From assembly GCA_010015585.1 (NCBI GenBank), contig ML975154.1: a stretch of DNA of 64,000 bases; one strand, written 5' to 3'. How positions within the stretch are numbered: the first letter of the stretch is position 1; every line of letters begins with the position of its first letter. Origin of the DNA: Eremomyces bilateralis CBS 781.70 (Eukaryota). The translations under genes were made by a program, and so were the position numbers. Below, piece after piece: positions 24,732 to 38,955 of the stretch. Under the pieces are notes generated by a model. That model did no database searches, was not told the origin of the DNA, and worked only from the letters and a program-made list of their open reading frames with translations.

Positions 24732-27339
24732 ATGAGCCTCTCTCTAGCAGTCCCTCGGACAGCCATGAATGGCTCCCGGGCCAAGCAGGATGCGGCCAAG
24801 GATATGGAAGCGGCGGTGAGGGAGCGAGCCGACCGCAAAGGCGTCGAGCCGCCACCATATGAGTTTCTGGAGTTGATCGGCAAGGGATCATTTGGCAGAG
24901 TTTACAAAAGGTATGTTTTTCATTCAGATCAACGTCATACAATGCTCACCACCGACCAGCATGAATCAGAATACAAAAGAGGTCGTTGCTGTCAAAGTGG
25001 TTGAGATTGACAGGGCCGATTATGCTGCTCATATGATGGACAAAGATTCCACAATCAAAGACACCATGCACGAGATTGACGTCCTCACACGCTTGAAGGA
25101 AACGGGTGCAGAGAACATCAATCTGATCAAAGACGCGTTCGAGTTTCACACGCAGTTCTGGATCGTCACGGAGTACTGTCCCGGAGGCTCAGTACACACT
25201 CTTATGAAAGCTTGCTATATTCCAGGACTGGATGAAACCTACATTATCCCGGTTGCACGAGAGTTGGCGAAGGCTTTGAAGTCCATTCATGCAGCAGGAA
25301 TAGTTCACCGAGATATCAAGTGTAAGGGGACCGAATTTGCTATGGCAGGAAAGTTCTATCGCTAATTGGCCAATCACCTAGGCTCAAATGTCTTCATCAC
25401 AGAAGATGGAAGACTTCAACTTGGTGATTTCGGAATCGCCGGGGTGCTCGAAACAAGCACGTCCAAGCGAACTACGGTCCTTGGAACACCAAACTGGATG
25501 CCTCCCGAGATGGTTGAGCATCTTTTTTCCGACTCTGAAGAAGCACCCACCGTCCACTACGGCACCGAAGTGGATTGCTGGTCGTTCGGCTGCGTTATCT
25601 ATGAAATGGCTTCTGGTTACGCACCCTACCTCAGAGTTCACCCCATGGACCTCCACAAACACATCCGCAGTACACCTCTTACTCTCGAAAAGGGTAAATT
25701 CTCTCCAGGTCTTCAGGATTTCATCACTTTCTGCTTGCAAGAAAATCCTACCGAACGCCCGACAGCGCAGAAAATATTGGACCATCCGTATCTTGCTGGC
25801 TCGGAAGAAACCCATCCTGTTGGCAGTCTTCAAGATCTTCTTGGACAGTATTTCATGTGGGAGCAATCTGGTGGTCACAGAGCTTCGCTTTTCACTCCGA
25901 ACGGTGCAGCCGGACCGGAAGATTTTACCCAACAAGAACCCGACGAGGATGAATGGAACTTCTCATTAACGACAGATTTCCAGAAACGAGTCTCTGTTGC
26001 TTATGGTGATGAAGGGCCGTTTGATTTAAGTTCTGCAGAAGTCGCTACACCTAGGGTCGCTACCAAGCCGTTGACTGGAAGAGATAAGCGACTCAGAGAA
26101 GCCCGCATCCAGCGCGGCGGACAGCTCCAAAATATGTTCAACCCTCCTGGCATGACCCAAAAAGGCGAAATGGGACGTTCCAGGATGGGCGCCAACCCAG
26201 TATATGGAAGTATGGACGACATGCGACGTATCTCTGACCTCCCGCTCCGAAACATAAGCAGCGAGCGCGCAGCGGATAGGACGACCATGATCGACCTTGA
26301 CGCTGCCGAGGTGACTGGTGCGGTCCCAAGCATTGATCTCGATGTCCCGACTCTTCGCGCCAATCGGTTCCGCAACACGATCCATGAGTCTAATGATGAC
26401 GAGGATGAGATCAACCGCACGGCTAAACGAGGAACCATGGAGTGGACATTCCCCACGGAACCGGAGCCGAAACTGAAGAAGGAACGGGCCACGATGGAAT
26501 GGAGTTTTCAGAATGCACTGGCAGACCTGGGCGAGGACGACACTGCGGCGCCCAGGCCGCCAAAGCGGGATACCATGGCGTTCAAATTCCCGATGAGCGA
26601 TCCATCTGCACACAATCGCGAGCCATCCGATACCAATCTCGATTCCGAGGACATGTTCTGGCTCAAATCAGGCATTGACATCAACACCCGCCCTCCTCTG
26701 AAACACGCAGCGACCATGCCCACCGACTTCGGCAGCCACTCGCCGCGACAATCCCTCATCGATCTCGACATGGCGATCCCGGATTTCGAAACCCACACCC
26801 GCCCCTCCACCTCTGGCACCGACTCCGCATTGACCGACGTGTCTCGCGGGGATCCGTTTGACCTCGAAGACTCCGCCCCTACGGACGACGCGACACTCCA
26901 TGACGTCACGAGCGATCTCAACGCCATGCATTTGAAGTCGCAATCTGAGCCCTACCATAAAGCCTGGGGCCCCTCCTTCCCATCCCAGCCCCGCTCCCGT
27001 GCACCCACCGCGCTCCGCCGCGCCCCGGATTTCGCTGCCATGGGGTATACCCCATCCAAGCAGAATGCGCCGTATCCCAGCCAGTTCAACATATGGCAGA
27101 AAGGCGAAGTACCGCGACGGATCAATGCGGATGGCGACTATAAGCGGTCCATGGTCGCGGATTTCCCGGAGCCGGAGATGCCGCACCGGGCTGCGCTGGG
27201 GACCCGCGACGTGAGTCATTCATTCATGGAGGGGGAGGTCGGTCGGATCATGAGAGGGTTCATTGATCATACGAGGATGACACAGAGGGCCTTTGAGGCA
27301 AGTGAGGAGTTCGCGAGCATGAAGGAGCCAGATAATTGA
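24732..27339 (+). CDS. KIC1: Ste20/GCK-family Ser/Thr kinase (Kic1/Nak1/POD-6-like; introns 24911-24959, 25322-25381)
   Basis: IGKGSFGRVYK, VAVK, HRDIK, DFG, GTPNWMPPE, and a tail with repeated TM(E)W.F motifs. The kinase call is strong; the orthology is less certain. Confidence 0.8.
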
Positions 27340-27638
27340 TTGTGGGAAGGACAGGTCGTCGTCCGGCAGGGCCTTTGAGGCACATGGGAGTTCACTGAGA
27401 CGAAAGGGGATGAGATTGGTCGTGGGTGCATACAGAGGATAGATCATCACCCGACGATGCAACAGCAAAGATGCGAGAAGGATCATATTTGGTCTCTTCC
27501 ATCCAAAGTGATAGCCCAAGCGTGGAGTATGGAGCAATTCAATAATGTTATAAAATCACTGCAATGTTTCGCAACTTTTTGATGGGAATAGCTATGGCAT
27601 TAGATCTACTTCAAGAAGAATGCCTATGATTCCACCCG

Positions 27639-29298
27639 CTATTCCATCTCTTCGACGTCGCCGCTTTCCCCTTCCTGACCTCGCCGTTTGCGAAGGAGGC
27701 CAGTGGTATACAGCCTCTCCGCGACCTTCGTCTTGTCTATCTGATCCCTATTCGTCTCCCGGCGTTCATTGCTATCAGTGAAGAAGTCATCCACATCGAA
27801 AGTTGCTCCATCGCCATGGGGCTTGAGCACACACAATTGTTGTCCCTCCACAGATTCTCGCACCACGGAGCATGAGTTTTTGGCATGGATGCCATCCACA
27901 GATACGACTATGCTACTCTCCGACACAACAGTATCCAGGAGGTTACCTGGTAATGTGGTCCACGATATTTGAGGCGAGGCGCCTGCATTGAAAATAGGTT
28001 CAAGGTTCAAGAGGAAGATGCCTGCGACGCCTTCGCACGCAATCAGAACACACTTCGTGCCCGTTAGTTCGGCCTTGAGTTTGGAAGATTTGGGGTAGGA
28101 AACATACCTCTGAGCCAGAGACAACATATCGCCATAGTCCAGTAACACATATTGGAACTCTATCGGGGACTGATGCATTAGCGCTTGAGGAATCCTCCCC
28201 AGCTCCCCTACAGGCCTCAACTGGGCCTCTCAGATCGACCTTCCGGAGTAGTTTACTCTGTAGCCAGTCCCACACGAACAATTCGTCATCCCCACCACCT
28301 GACACGAGATACCTCCCTTTCCCAATAAAACATAACTTGCTCACAAACTCCGTGTGGCCGAGGCAGAAATTCTCAATTATGTGCGCCTGAGAAGGGCCTC
28401 TTGAGACGCGGATATGTTCATCTCGATCTGCCGTAACAAGATAGCTTCTTCGCTTTCCGCCGCCAGACTCGTTCTCAAGCGTCACGAATTTCAGGTCAGT
28501 CATCAAAGACACATGCCCCAGAAGCAGCTTAGCCTCGAAGGGGAGACCTTCTTTCGGTTTCGCTGCGTCTATCGCTTTCATTTGCGCTTCCAGGATCTTC
28601 CGGTTTGCAGCAGTATGCACGGTGGTGAGACTTGCTGCGGGTTTAGACTGGGTTTCGGTCCTGGATACCTGGGCCTTTGGAATGAAGTCTGCTGCGGGGA
28701 GGAGGGGGAGAGAGTAGGCATCTCCGAACTTATCTCCGACGAATATGGTTGAGTCATCATCTGATAGTTCGACTGTGCTCGGTCGTTTGAACATGCATCT
28801 GCAGATACTATTAGCGAATGACACGTTTTGATGCTACGGTTATTTTAGACCTCTTGCTCAACTCTTTCAGTTCGCCCGTCTTTTCTACTTCAAAAACACG
28901 GACAGCTTTGTCCTCGGCAGTGATTGCAACGATATGATTCCGATCATTTGATATTGTGACGCTCAACACATATGAAGGGGTCTCTGTCTTCGCGGACAAC
29001 TTCTGTCTCTTGCCCGGTCGCTCATCATCACTATCGGCCGTGGTAGGTTGGATGCCATTACCGGTATGCTCGGGGATGTCAGAATTGCTGGGATTGAAAC
29101 GAGAGATGTTCATTCAAATTATGAATTATTGGATTTGTATCAAGAGCTTACCTTTGGCTGTGGCTGTGGCCATGTTGAAACCAACCCTCCGGTTGACACT
29201 GAAAAGCTCAGAATCCGATGCCCGGAAGCTGCAATGAGAAAGGAGCTGGTTGATTCTCGAGGGGAGGAGATCGCCAGGCTCTGGAAGGGATGATCCAT
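27639..29298 (-). CDS. TRM82: tRNA (guanine-N7)-methyltransferase non-catalytic WD40 subunit
   Basis: MDHPFQ start, EDKAVRVF, KRPS, GDKFGDAYSLPL, LLGHVSLMTD, TADRDEHIRVSR, FCLGHTEFVS, SGGGDD; several GT-AG introns. Confidence 0.92.
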
Positions 29299-29632
29299 TT
29301 TGATTTTAATACTCCCCAAGATACCTGCTAGCTCTCGTTTCAAAGTTCAAAGTTGTCGCTATGGCTCTTGCTTCACGTTGGTGAAGCCAACGCAGTCAGT
29401 ATCAAGGTTTGCTCATAGTGACCCTAGGTCACCTGTGATTGGTCAATTAATGACGACGTGTGGCTGGGAGTGGAACTGTGGCTTATACGTGCATGGTCAA
29501 ATTTAGCGATGTCTTGGCACATCACACACCTTCATCTCGAATTTTCCAGCTTCAACTTTCTTCCTCAACCACAACAAATCGTAATTACACAGGAGTCTCT
29601 AGCTTAAACATCCTATATTCTCAACCGAAGAT

Positions 29633-30682
29633 ATGGGGGCTAAGACTGGAAACAAGGCCGCTTACTTCGACAAGCTCAAGGCTCTGCTCGACGTGTACAA
29701 GTCGATCTTCATCGTCAGTGTCGACAATGTCTCCTCGCAGCAGATGCACGAGATCCGTCACTCCCTTCGCGGGGAGGCGGTAGTCCTGATGGGCAAGAAC
29801 ACCATGGTATGTCTCTGAAGTTCACCGTGAGATGGAAGCGATGGATCTGACATCAAATAAGGTTCGCCGTGCCCTGAAGGGATTCATCGGCGAAGAGCCA
29901 GAGTACGAGCGACTTCTCGCACACGTCAAAGGTAAAGGAAATATTTACAGGCCTATAATTCTATGGACTCACAAGTTGCAGGCAATATTGGTTTCATTTT
30001 CACCAATAACGACCTCAAAGACATCCGTTCAAAGATCCTCGGAAACCGTGTCGCGGCTCCCGCCAAAGCTGGCGCGATCGCTCCTGACGATGTGTTCATT
30101 CCCGCCGGAAACACCGGCATGGAGCCCGGCAAGACCTCTTTCTTCCAGGCTCTCGGTGTCCCGACCAAGATTGCTCGTGGTACGATTGAAATCACGTCCG
30201 ATTTGAAGCTCGTCCAGGCCGGTACCAAGGTCGGAGCTTCCGAAGCCACCCTGTTGAACATGTTGAACATCTCTCCCTTCACCTATGGTATGGCTATCAC
30301 CCAGGTCTATGATCAGGGCCAGACCTTCGATGTGTCGATTCTCGACATCGATGAGGCGCAGCTCTTGAAGGCGTTCTCCTCCGCTATCGGCACGATCGCG
30401 GCGGTTTCCCTTGCTGTCAACTTCCCCACCCTTCCCTCCGTCATCCACTCCGTCGTCAACTCCTACAAGAAGTTGCTTTCCATCGCTGTCGAGACCGAGG
30501 TCGAGTGGGAGGGCATCGAGGAGCTCAAAGACCGCATCCAGAACCCCGACAAGTACGCCGGTGCCGCACCTGCAGCTGCTGCCGGTGGTGCGGCTGCTGC
30601 CGAAGCACCGAAGGAAGAGGCGAAGCCGGAATCGGATGAGGAATCGGAAGACGATGACATGGGTTTCGGTTTGTTCGATTAG
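29633..30682 (+). CDS. RPP0: 60S acidic ribosomal protein P0 (uL10), 3 exons
   Basis: [42 protein letters not shown] and C-terminal [14 protein letters not shown]. Confidence 0.98.
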
Positions 30683-31171
30683 AATCCTCCACCCAGCAAA
30701 TGGCGTGGAACTTCGCATGAAGGATCCGTAGGGAGTAACACGGCATGGTCCAAGCCGACAATAATATCCTGTTACTGAAGGGTAGCTGATCGTGGTTTGG
30801 TCTGTGTCGTGATATGCAGCATTCTGGTCTATTGATCGTAATGTTTTCAAGGTACGTCCCTTTTTTCTCTTTTGCATCGTGATTTCGAATGATTATACAA
30901 TTTTTAACTCCTACTTTCCGTGAGGACCAAAATATGCAACACAACTCTAATTTTTTCATGACACCGAACCTTTTATCTACATTTTCTGCGACACTTGGAA
31001 AAACGACCTTTGCTGACATCATGTCCAGGTTCAACGCCAGCAAAGGCATTTCCGTGCCGTGCCAATTCTCCAAAGTTTCGCCAAAGCTCCCTAGCCCACC
31101 ATGTCCTAAATACACAAGGGTATCTTATAAATGCAAATGCTTTGATCCCGAACTATGGGTGTTCCAGTTGC

Positions 31172-34100
31172 TCAGGACGGTGAATTTTGTGCACTCCGCC
31201 GATTGTCTATCACCTCTGGCGATGACCTCGCCTTGATATTCTCAAGCACATGCTCCGCGACTTGAATAGCCTTGTCCGGAAGCCCTGCCAATCTTGCCAC
31301 CTTCAGTGCATGCGAGCTCGTGTTTACTCCCCTCCGTACCTTATGTATGAATGTAAACCCTCCCTCTTCGTCCTCTGCGATGTCGGTGCAATAGCAACCA
31401 AGTCTTTCAAAATGCCGCGACATCTCCGCGAGAGAATGGAAATGCGTCGCAAACAATGCCCGACAATTGTTGGTGTAGTGTAAATGATGAAGGCACGCAA
31501 ACGCTACAGCGATGCCGTCTTCCGGTGTCGTGCCTCGTCCCACCTCATCCATGATGACGAAGGATCGAGATGTTGCTTGCTTGAGAATTTCGGCAGTTTC
31601 GAGCATTTCAACCATGAAGGTCGATTGGTCCTGGTAGAGGTTATCCGCGGATCCGACCTGGCCTATCATCAGTATACAACGTAGAACGTGTAGGAGATGA
31701 CTTACCCTGCTGAATATCTTGTCCACCAGGCCAATCTCCGCATAATCCGCCGACACGAACGACCCCGTCTGCGCCAGAATCGAAATCAACGCATTCTGCC
31801 GCAAATACGTGCTCTTACCCGCCATATTTGGCCCCGTAATCAACAACACCTCCTCCTTATCCCCCACCACACAATCATTCGCCGTGAACCTCCTCCCCTG
31901 CTCCATCAATCCCACCTCTACCGTCGGATGCCTTCCCCCCAGAATGTGATGCGCCGTCCCCCGATTTACCACCGGCCGCGTCAGGCTCCGCTCCCGCGCC
32001 AACGTCGCGAACCCGCACGCCACGTCCACCTCGTCCAGCACCCCCGCGTTCCGCCGCAGCTTCACGAGGTTCTTGACCACTTGCGTGCGCAGCTGGGCGA
32101 AGATCCGCGATTCCTCGGAGCGGATCCGCGCGGTGGCCTCGTCGAGGCGAGTTCCGAGCGCGGTCCATTCGGGGAGGTGGAAGGAGTGCGTAGATTTGCT
32201 GGAGGAGACGCTGCGGGCGCCGGAGAGGGTGGAGGACGCGGTGCGGGCATCTTTGCCTTTTACGTGGCAGATGTGGCCGAGGCCGGGTGTCCATTTTAGG
32301 GTTAATGTCGAGCTGCTAGCGCGCTCCCGAAGCTCGGTTTCGAGGTCCGTTTTCTTAAGATGGAGTGTATCGAGCTCGGAGTGTAGGCGGTTGAGTGTTG
32401 GGCTGGCGGTGCGACGCATGATCCAGACTTCTTCGTTGCCCGATACTGCGGTCTGCTGGTCCCTATTTGCTCGAGCGACTTCCACTTCCTTGCGCTTGAG
32501 GGTTTGTGGCGTGCCTTTCAGTTTGCCGGTTTCGCCTGATTGGGTCAAAACTTCTTCGGCGAGTCCAAGCATGTCCGCTGCTTCGCTATCTTCGATCAAA
32601 TGTTGTTGCGAGAGCATGTCCTCGTCGATGGATTTTGTGATCCGGTTCGAAATTTGGAGTGGTCCGTCGAGCTGGATGTGGCGGACAAGATCTTGAATAT
32701 GGTACTTGATTGAGCCGGACACCACTGAATGTCTCGAGTTTGGTTCCCCTTCGTCTCGGCGGGTGATATGTTCTTGTAGAAGATCTGCGATTTGCTTTGT
32801 GACTTGAATGGTCTCCGATAGGCCAAGGAGATCGTCGGCGTCTCCTTTCCCGAAAGCAAACTTCTGGACAAGACGGAAGGAGTCGAATGTACGCCGCAGG
32901 AGTAAGATGAGATGCTCACAAAGGCCTTCGTTCTCGTACATTTCTCCAACCATGTCTAGACGGTTGTTGATCTCCTCCAGAGACATGGAGGGTGACACTA
33001 CCAAGTCAGTCACTATCATAGGTATGAAATCAGGATGGAGCATACTTAGTCTCTGGCGAAGTAACCTAGCTCCACTCTTGGTAACAGTTCTCCTAACCGA
33101 CTGCAGTAGACTCCCTTCATACGCCCCATCTTTTAGCGTTTTCTGGATCTCCAACGCTCGTAGTGTATTCTTGTCAATCAACATCGCTTCTTTCGCCTGC
33201 CTTTGCATTGGTGGTTGAAGCTTCGGTGCAGCCCCGAATAGCTGTTGCTCAACGTACGACACGAGGAAATATCCCGCTGACAGCTCTGCATCGGAGAACT
33301 TGGCCGCGTTCCAATCCTTGGTAGGCTCATCTACCATGGAAGGCCACCTGCTCAGCGGAGGCGTCTCCTTTGGCGTGTCGTGGTAGCTCACGACATGCTG
33401 ACCTTCATTTAGCGAAACAGCGAGCTGAGGATGCTGGGCATCGCGTAACGAGCTGTCGAGTAAAATCTCGCGCGGTCCAATTCGAGCAACGATGGAAGAT
33501 AAAGTGTCGAACGTTGCCTTTTGAGTAAAGAAATCTCCACTAGACAAATCAAGCCAAGCAATCCCAACGTCCGCCAGTCCGGTCGAAGGAGTCTCAAGGG
33601 ATCCATGAGGCTGGATGCACATAAGGAAGTTGTTCTCCCACGGATCCATGAATTTCTCATCAATAAGCGTGCCAGGAGTGATGATCCGGGTGACCTTCCT
33701 ATCGAACAACAAACCTCCTGATTTAGCTTTCTCGGCGGGATCATTGGCGAACTCCTCGCTGATGGCTACGTATTTGTTCAGGTCCTGCACTAGGATCTTG
33801 AGATAGCGGTCAAGTTGGAAGAACGGAAAACCGGACTATCGGATATGTCAGACAAACTCGGCCCAGTATCAAATGAGATGAGGTGGCAGACCATGTATAC
33901 CGGTCCGGCACTCGTCTTCTTTTGGGCGAGCTTGAGATTCAGCAAGGGGCCGAATTCTTCAGCTTGTTCGAAGTAAAGCTGTAATGTATCCGATCAGTCT
34001 ATGTCCTCTCTATAAATGTTTCAATAGAAGATACCTCATAGAAGCTCCCGACTCGAGTCAACACCACACAGTGGTTGAACTTCCGCATATTGTTTCGCGC

Positions 34101-34349
34101 TTGCTGCACCACCGTAGGATATGCCGGCTCATCTTCTGGTTGGGCATCTTGAGCCAAAGCTGGCAAAGGGCCCTGAGGTAGCTCGCTGATCTTTACACGC
34201 GTAGACGTTCTTTTACTGCGAGAGTGCGGTTTTGGAGCAAGCGATGGTTTGATACAGGCTCTATGCAGCCCGACTGCGGCGCAAAGGCTTCTCCCGGACA
34301 GGACGGCTTTTCTGTGCGCCCATCCTGTCCGCATCAGAATAGCGCGCAT
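31172..34349 (-). CDS. MSH1: Mitochondrial MutS homolog (multi-exon)
   Basis: Arg-rich presequence, LTRVGSFYE, RKVTRIITPGTLIDE, Walker A TGPNMAGKSTYLRQ, STFMVEM, MDEVGRGT, FATHFH, SHALKVARLAG. Confidence 0.93.
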
Positions 34350-34576
34350 CTTTCTGATATCAATATGAATCCATCTTTCCCCTTCATGAATTTCCGTCAA
34401 CATGGACAGCAATGAAATAAATGTGTCGTGTGTTGAACCCCTGATACCCTGTCATGATATTGCCTCTTCGGGACTAGCGTTTTTGCCGGGTGTACGGATT
34501 TCGAGGTGTCATCACAAGCAAAAAATATTCGGCTTCATCTAATCCCAATTCACATGAATATTGAAAAATGTCAAAT

Positions 34577-35878
34577 ATGGCTCCAGAATTTAAGCCGTTG
34601 AAGAACGATTTGATACTGAGGGCCGCTCGCGGTAGGTATGCAGCAATGCGTCTTCTGTGGGCGTCCGCTGATCACGATCACAGGCGAAAAAGTCGAGAAG
34701 GCCCCGGCATGGGTGATGAGGCAAGGTAACACACACAAATTGCCTTGAACATGACGGATTGGCATTGACTTGTGTAGCTGGGCGGTATCTGCCCGAGTAT
34801 CATGAAGCAAAGGGCACCCACGACTTCTTCGAGTGCTGCCGGGATGCCGAGATTGCATCAACCATCACGCTCCAGCCGATTGATCGGTACGCGGGAATCA
34901 TCGACGCGGCCATCATCTTCAGTGACATTCTCGTCATTCCCCAGGCGATGGGGATGGAAGTGGTGATGGTCGACAAGAAAGGGCCGCATTTCCCCAATCC
35001 GCTCTCCAGTCCCCAGGACCCGCAGTATGCCGAGGTTCTCCAGCGCGATGTCGATGTCAAGGAGAGCTTGGATTATGTGTACAGAGCGATCACGCTGACC
35101 AGGCAGAAGCTGGAAGGCAGGGTGCCGCTGATTGGTTTCTGTGGTGCTCCTTGGACGTTGCTTTGCTACATGGTTGAGGGTGGCGGGAGCAAGATGTTCA
35201 AGGAGATCAAAACATGGATATACAAGTATCCGAAAGAGTCAAAAGCGTTGCTCCAGAAGATTACGGACTGCTGCATTGAATATTTGGCTTTACAGGTCCA
35301 GGCCGGTGCACAGGTCGGTGATACGAACCAAAATATAATGGCAATCCAACTAATTCACTGAATAGATGCTACAAGTCTTCGATTCATGGGCTGGCGAACT
35401 GTCTCCTTCTTCATTCAAGGAGTTCTCATTACCATATCTACGAGAAATCGCCACCGGCACGCAAGCACGATTAACGGAACTTGGACTTGAGAAGGTTCCC
35501 ATGGTCGTCTTTGCGAAAGGAGCATGGTATGCATTAGAAGACCTGTGCAATTCCGACTACGACGTTGTCAGCCTCGACTGGCTCCATGATCCAGCGGAAG
35601 CGTACAAGATTGCACGCAGCAAAGGCAAGACGCTACAAGGAAACATGGATCCTGGTGCTCTTTACGGCGGAAAACCATCGATTGCCAAAGAGCTGGACCA
35701 TATCGTGAGAGGATTTGGTGGTGGGAAACAAGGATGGATTGCGAATCTCGGACATGGTAATTGGTCTATTCTCTATTGTCTAGGCTTCGTTGCTAATGAT
35801 ATAGGTGTCACTCCGTTTGTGGATCCCGAAAATTTGAGGTTCTTCTTCGAGGAGGTTAAGCGGCTGTCTTCGTCGTAG
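34577..35878 (+). CDS. HEM12: Uroporphyrinogen decarboxylase (multi-exon)
   Basis: [59 protein letters not shown]. Confidence 0.97.
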
Positions 35879-36013
35879 AACACTAAACCGGGTTGGATAT
35901 CATCAACGGTCCCTTGACTTCGATGTCTATCCCAGCCTATAATTGACCGTAGGGCCGCGAGGGACCATTGATTTCGGCCATAATGGAGGACAATTGCTGC
36001 TAGATGACCGCCA

Positions 36014-36607
36014 CTACGGCTCACCGATATCCTCGTTCCTATTGAAAATTTTAGTCCTGCATTCCCGGTGGAGAATCTGGGAGATTGGTACCATTCCTCC
36101 GGCTTCTCGGCGATGAACTTCTTCATCAATTCCTGACACTCCTTGTTCTTCAAAACGACGACCTCGATGCCCCTCTGCTTCAGATATTCCTCGCCCCCGA
36201 CAAAGGTCTCGTTCTCCCCGATGACTACCCGCTTTACTTTGTACATAACGCAAGAACCAGTGCACATGTCACATGGCGACAAGGTTGTATAGCAGGTGGC
36301 GCCCCGATACACCGACGCCGGTAGCCTCCCAGCATTCTCAAACGTCGATATCTCCGCCTGATAGCAATGTTATACAATGGACCACGTAGGATTGGGCGTG
36401 AAAGACGGCAATGTTCAACAAGGCAGTGATGGGATAGATTCAACATACATGAAGCGTAGCACTGCCCTTCTGGAGCCTCATATTGTGGCCTCGTCCCAGT
36501 ATTGTCCCATCTGCAGCGACAAGAGCTGAACCAATGGGAACGCCGCCCTCGGCAGCACCTTTACGGGCTTCCTCCAACGCCGCAATGAAACCTGGATCCG
36601 TTTCCAT
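36014..36607 (-). CDS. FCY1: Cytosine deaminase (3 exons)
   Basis: EGGVPIG, GRGHNMRLQKGSATLH|AEI, YTTLSPCDMC, W|NEDIGE. Confidence 0.95.
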
Positions 36608-36783
36608 TTCTTTGTTGCTCGTGCTATCTAGTAGAAAATAAGTTAAATCGAAGTAAGAATGGTAGTACAGCACGTGCTCGATACACAGTGATGTTTAATA
36701 TCTGTATTCTTCACGCTGGAGTGACTCGGGAATTGGCACAGATTGCCGACGTCGACAATCTCTCCCGAAAGCAAAAGAAGCGT

Positions 36784-36808
36784 AGAAATCGATAGAAGAG
36801 TTCAGAAG
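36784..36808 (+). promoter_or_regulatory. Putative step-type heat shock element upstream of YDJ1
   Basis: aGAAa-tcgat-aGAAg-agttc-aGAAg: three nGAAn units at 10-bp period upstream of an Hsp40 gene. Confidence 0.5.
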
Positions 36809-37123
36809 CTTGGCGCCGAATCGGTGGGTCCGAGCCAGCGTCTCCCAGCTCAAGTTTTATCACCGATCCTCACAGCCCGAACTGCAGACAGCCTAAGGAG
36901 AGTCTAAGCGTGGTCTCCAAGGCAAAAAGAGGGAATCGGATTACAGAGGGACCTGCACTAAGAATTCACACTTTCACACGATTGCCTTTGCCGTTGCCTT
37001 GTCGATCCCCGCTGTCATCATTGTCAAAATCTTCGCCCCAAAGACCATCCCGCCCCTTCACTCTTTGCATCTCCTCCTCCCTTTTTATCGCCCCTCCAGA
37101 TCTCTTCTCTCCAGACAAAATCG

Positions 37124-37410
37124 GTGAGTGAGCATCTTATTCGCGACTCTCCTAGAGCCACTCCGGATTCGCTTCGACCATCTGACAACGACGGGTGAGT
37201 GATCCCGCGCTAAACCTCCCTGACGACACACTCAACTTTGTCCCTTTGACCTTGATTGCTCATCACGATTCCCTGTTTCCTACCACGGGAATCCCTCCGC
37301 CTTACTTCCTCAAAGTAGAGCCTGGTGGCATCTTCAGCGCTTCTTACTAGACGGTTCTGAGACCGTTATCAGAGGTGTATTGTTTACTAACATCCTTCGC
37401 TGCTTGATAG
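37124..37410 (+). other. Putative 5'-UTR intron of YDJ1
   Basis: GTGAGT donors at 37124 and 37195, TACTAAC branch point at 37385-37391, TAG acceptor at 37408-37410, upstream of ATG 37519. Confidence 0.6.
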
Positions 37411-37518
37411 ATCTACATCAAGAGCCTTATAACCGCTTCGAAGACCTCCGACAGCCGTCCGAGATCAAGAGAGTCCTCCCCGTCACAATATACCGATAGC
37501 ACATATTACACCTTCACG

Positions 37519-38955
37519 ATGGTGAAAGAAACAAAATACTACGAAATCCTCGCGGTATGCGACTGCCGCCTTGCTTGAGCAAACCGAATATATCCTAACG
37601 ATCAACAGGTGTCACCCGATGCCACCGAGGCTCAGCTTAAAACCGCATACAAGAAAGGTGCATTGAAATGGCATCCCGGTACGCATATCTCCATCGTCTC
37701 TCGCCTCGACCACTTCTAACGTCTCCCAGATAAGAACAACGACAACCCGGAAGCCGCCGAGAAATTCAAGGACCTCTCCCACGCCTACGAGGTCCTCTCC
37801 GACTCCCAAAAACGTGGCCTGTACGACCAATATGGTGAAGAAGGCCTGGAACAAGGCGGCATGGGCGGCGGCATGGCAGCCGAGGACCTGTTTGCTCAGT
37901 TCTTCGGCGGCGGCGGTGGCGGGTTCGGCGGCATGTTCGGCGGCGGCATGGGGGGCGGAATGCGCGACGCCGGCCCTCGCAAGGCCCGGACCATCTCCCA
38001 CGTGCACAAGGTCACCCTCGAGGACATCTACCGCGGAAAGGTCTCTAAGCTCGCGTTGCAAAAATCCGTCGTCTGCCCGAAATGCGATGGGCGGGGCGGG
38101 AAGGACGGCGCGGTGAAGAAGTGCGCCGGGTGTGATGGCCGCGGAATGAAGACCATGATGCGCCAGATGGGACCCATGATCCAGCGTTTCCAGACCGTCT
38201 GCTCCGACTGCAATGGCGAGGGCGAGATCATCCGGGACAAGGACCGATGCAAGGCCTGCACCGGCAAGAAAACGACGATCGAGCGGAAAGTGCTCCACGT
38301 CCACGTCGACCGGGGCATCAAATCCGGCACCAAGATCGAGTTCCGCGGCGAGGGCGACCAGCTTCCTGGCGCCGAGCCCGGCGATGTGGTGTTTGAGATC
38401 GAGCAGAAACCTCATGCTCGCTTCCAGCGCAAGGAGGACGATCTGTTCTACCACGCCGAGATTGATCTGCTGACAGCGCTGGCTGGAGGCCGACTTCACA
38501 TCGAGCACCTCGATGAGCGATGGTTGGTCGTTGATATTGTTCCCGGCGAAGTCATTGCCCCAGGTATGTGCACCCCATCCACCCTGGAAGTCCTAGTAAC
38601 CCACTAACACCCACCAGGCTCCATCAAAGTCATCCGCGGCCAAGGCATGCCCTCCTACCGCCACCACGACTTCGGTAACCTCTACGTCCAATTCGACGTC
38701 AAGTTCCCCGAATCGCTCCCCGGCCCCACCGGCATGCCCCCCATGTCCGACGCGGACCGCGCCGCCCTCGAGCGCATCCTGCCACCGCGTGCCGCCGCCG
38801 ATAAGAAACCGCCCGCGGACGCGATGACGGAGGATTTCAGCCTGGAGGAGGTCGACCCGGCGGGTGAGCAGGCGCGAGCCCGTGGGATGATGAGTGATGA
38901 TGATGACGATGAGATGGGTGCGGGTGGAGAGAGGGTGCAGTGCGCGTCGCAGTAG
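37519..38955 (+). CDS. YDJ1: Type I DnaJ/Hsp40 co-chaperone Ydj1/Mas5
   Basis: [15 protein letters not shown]-domain, G/F region, four CxxCxGxG repeats and C-terminal CaaX (CASQ). Confidence 0.96.
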
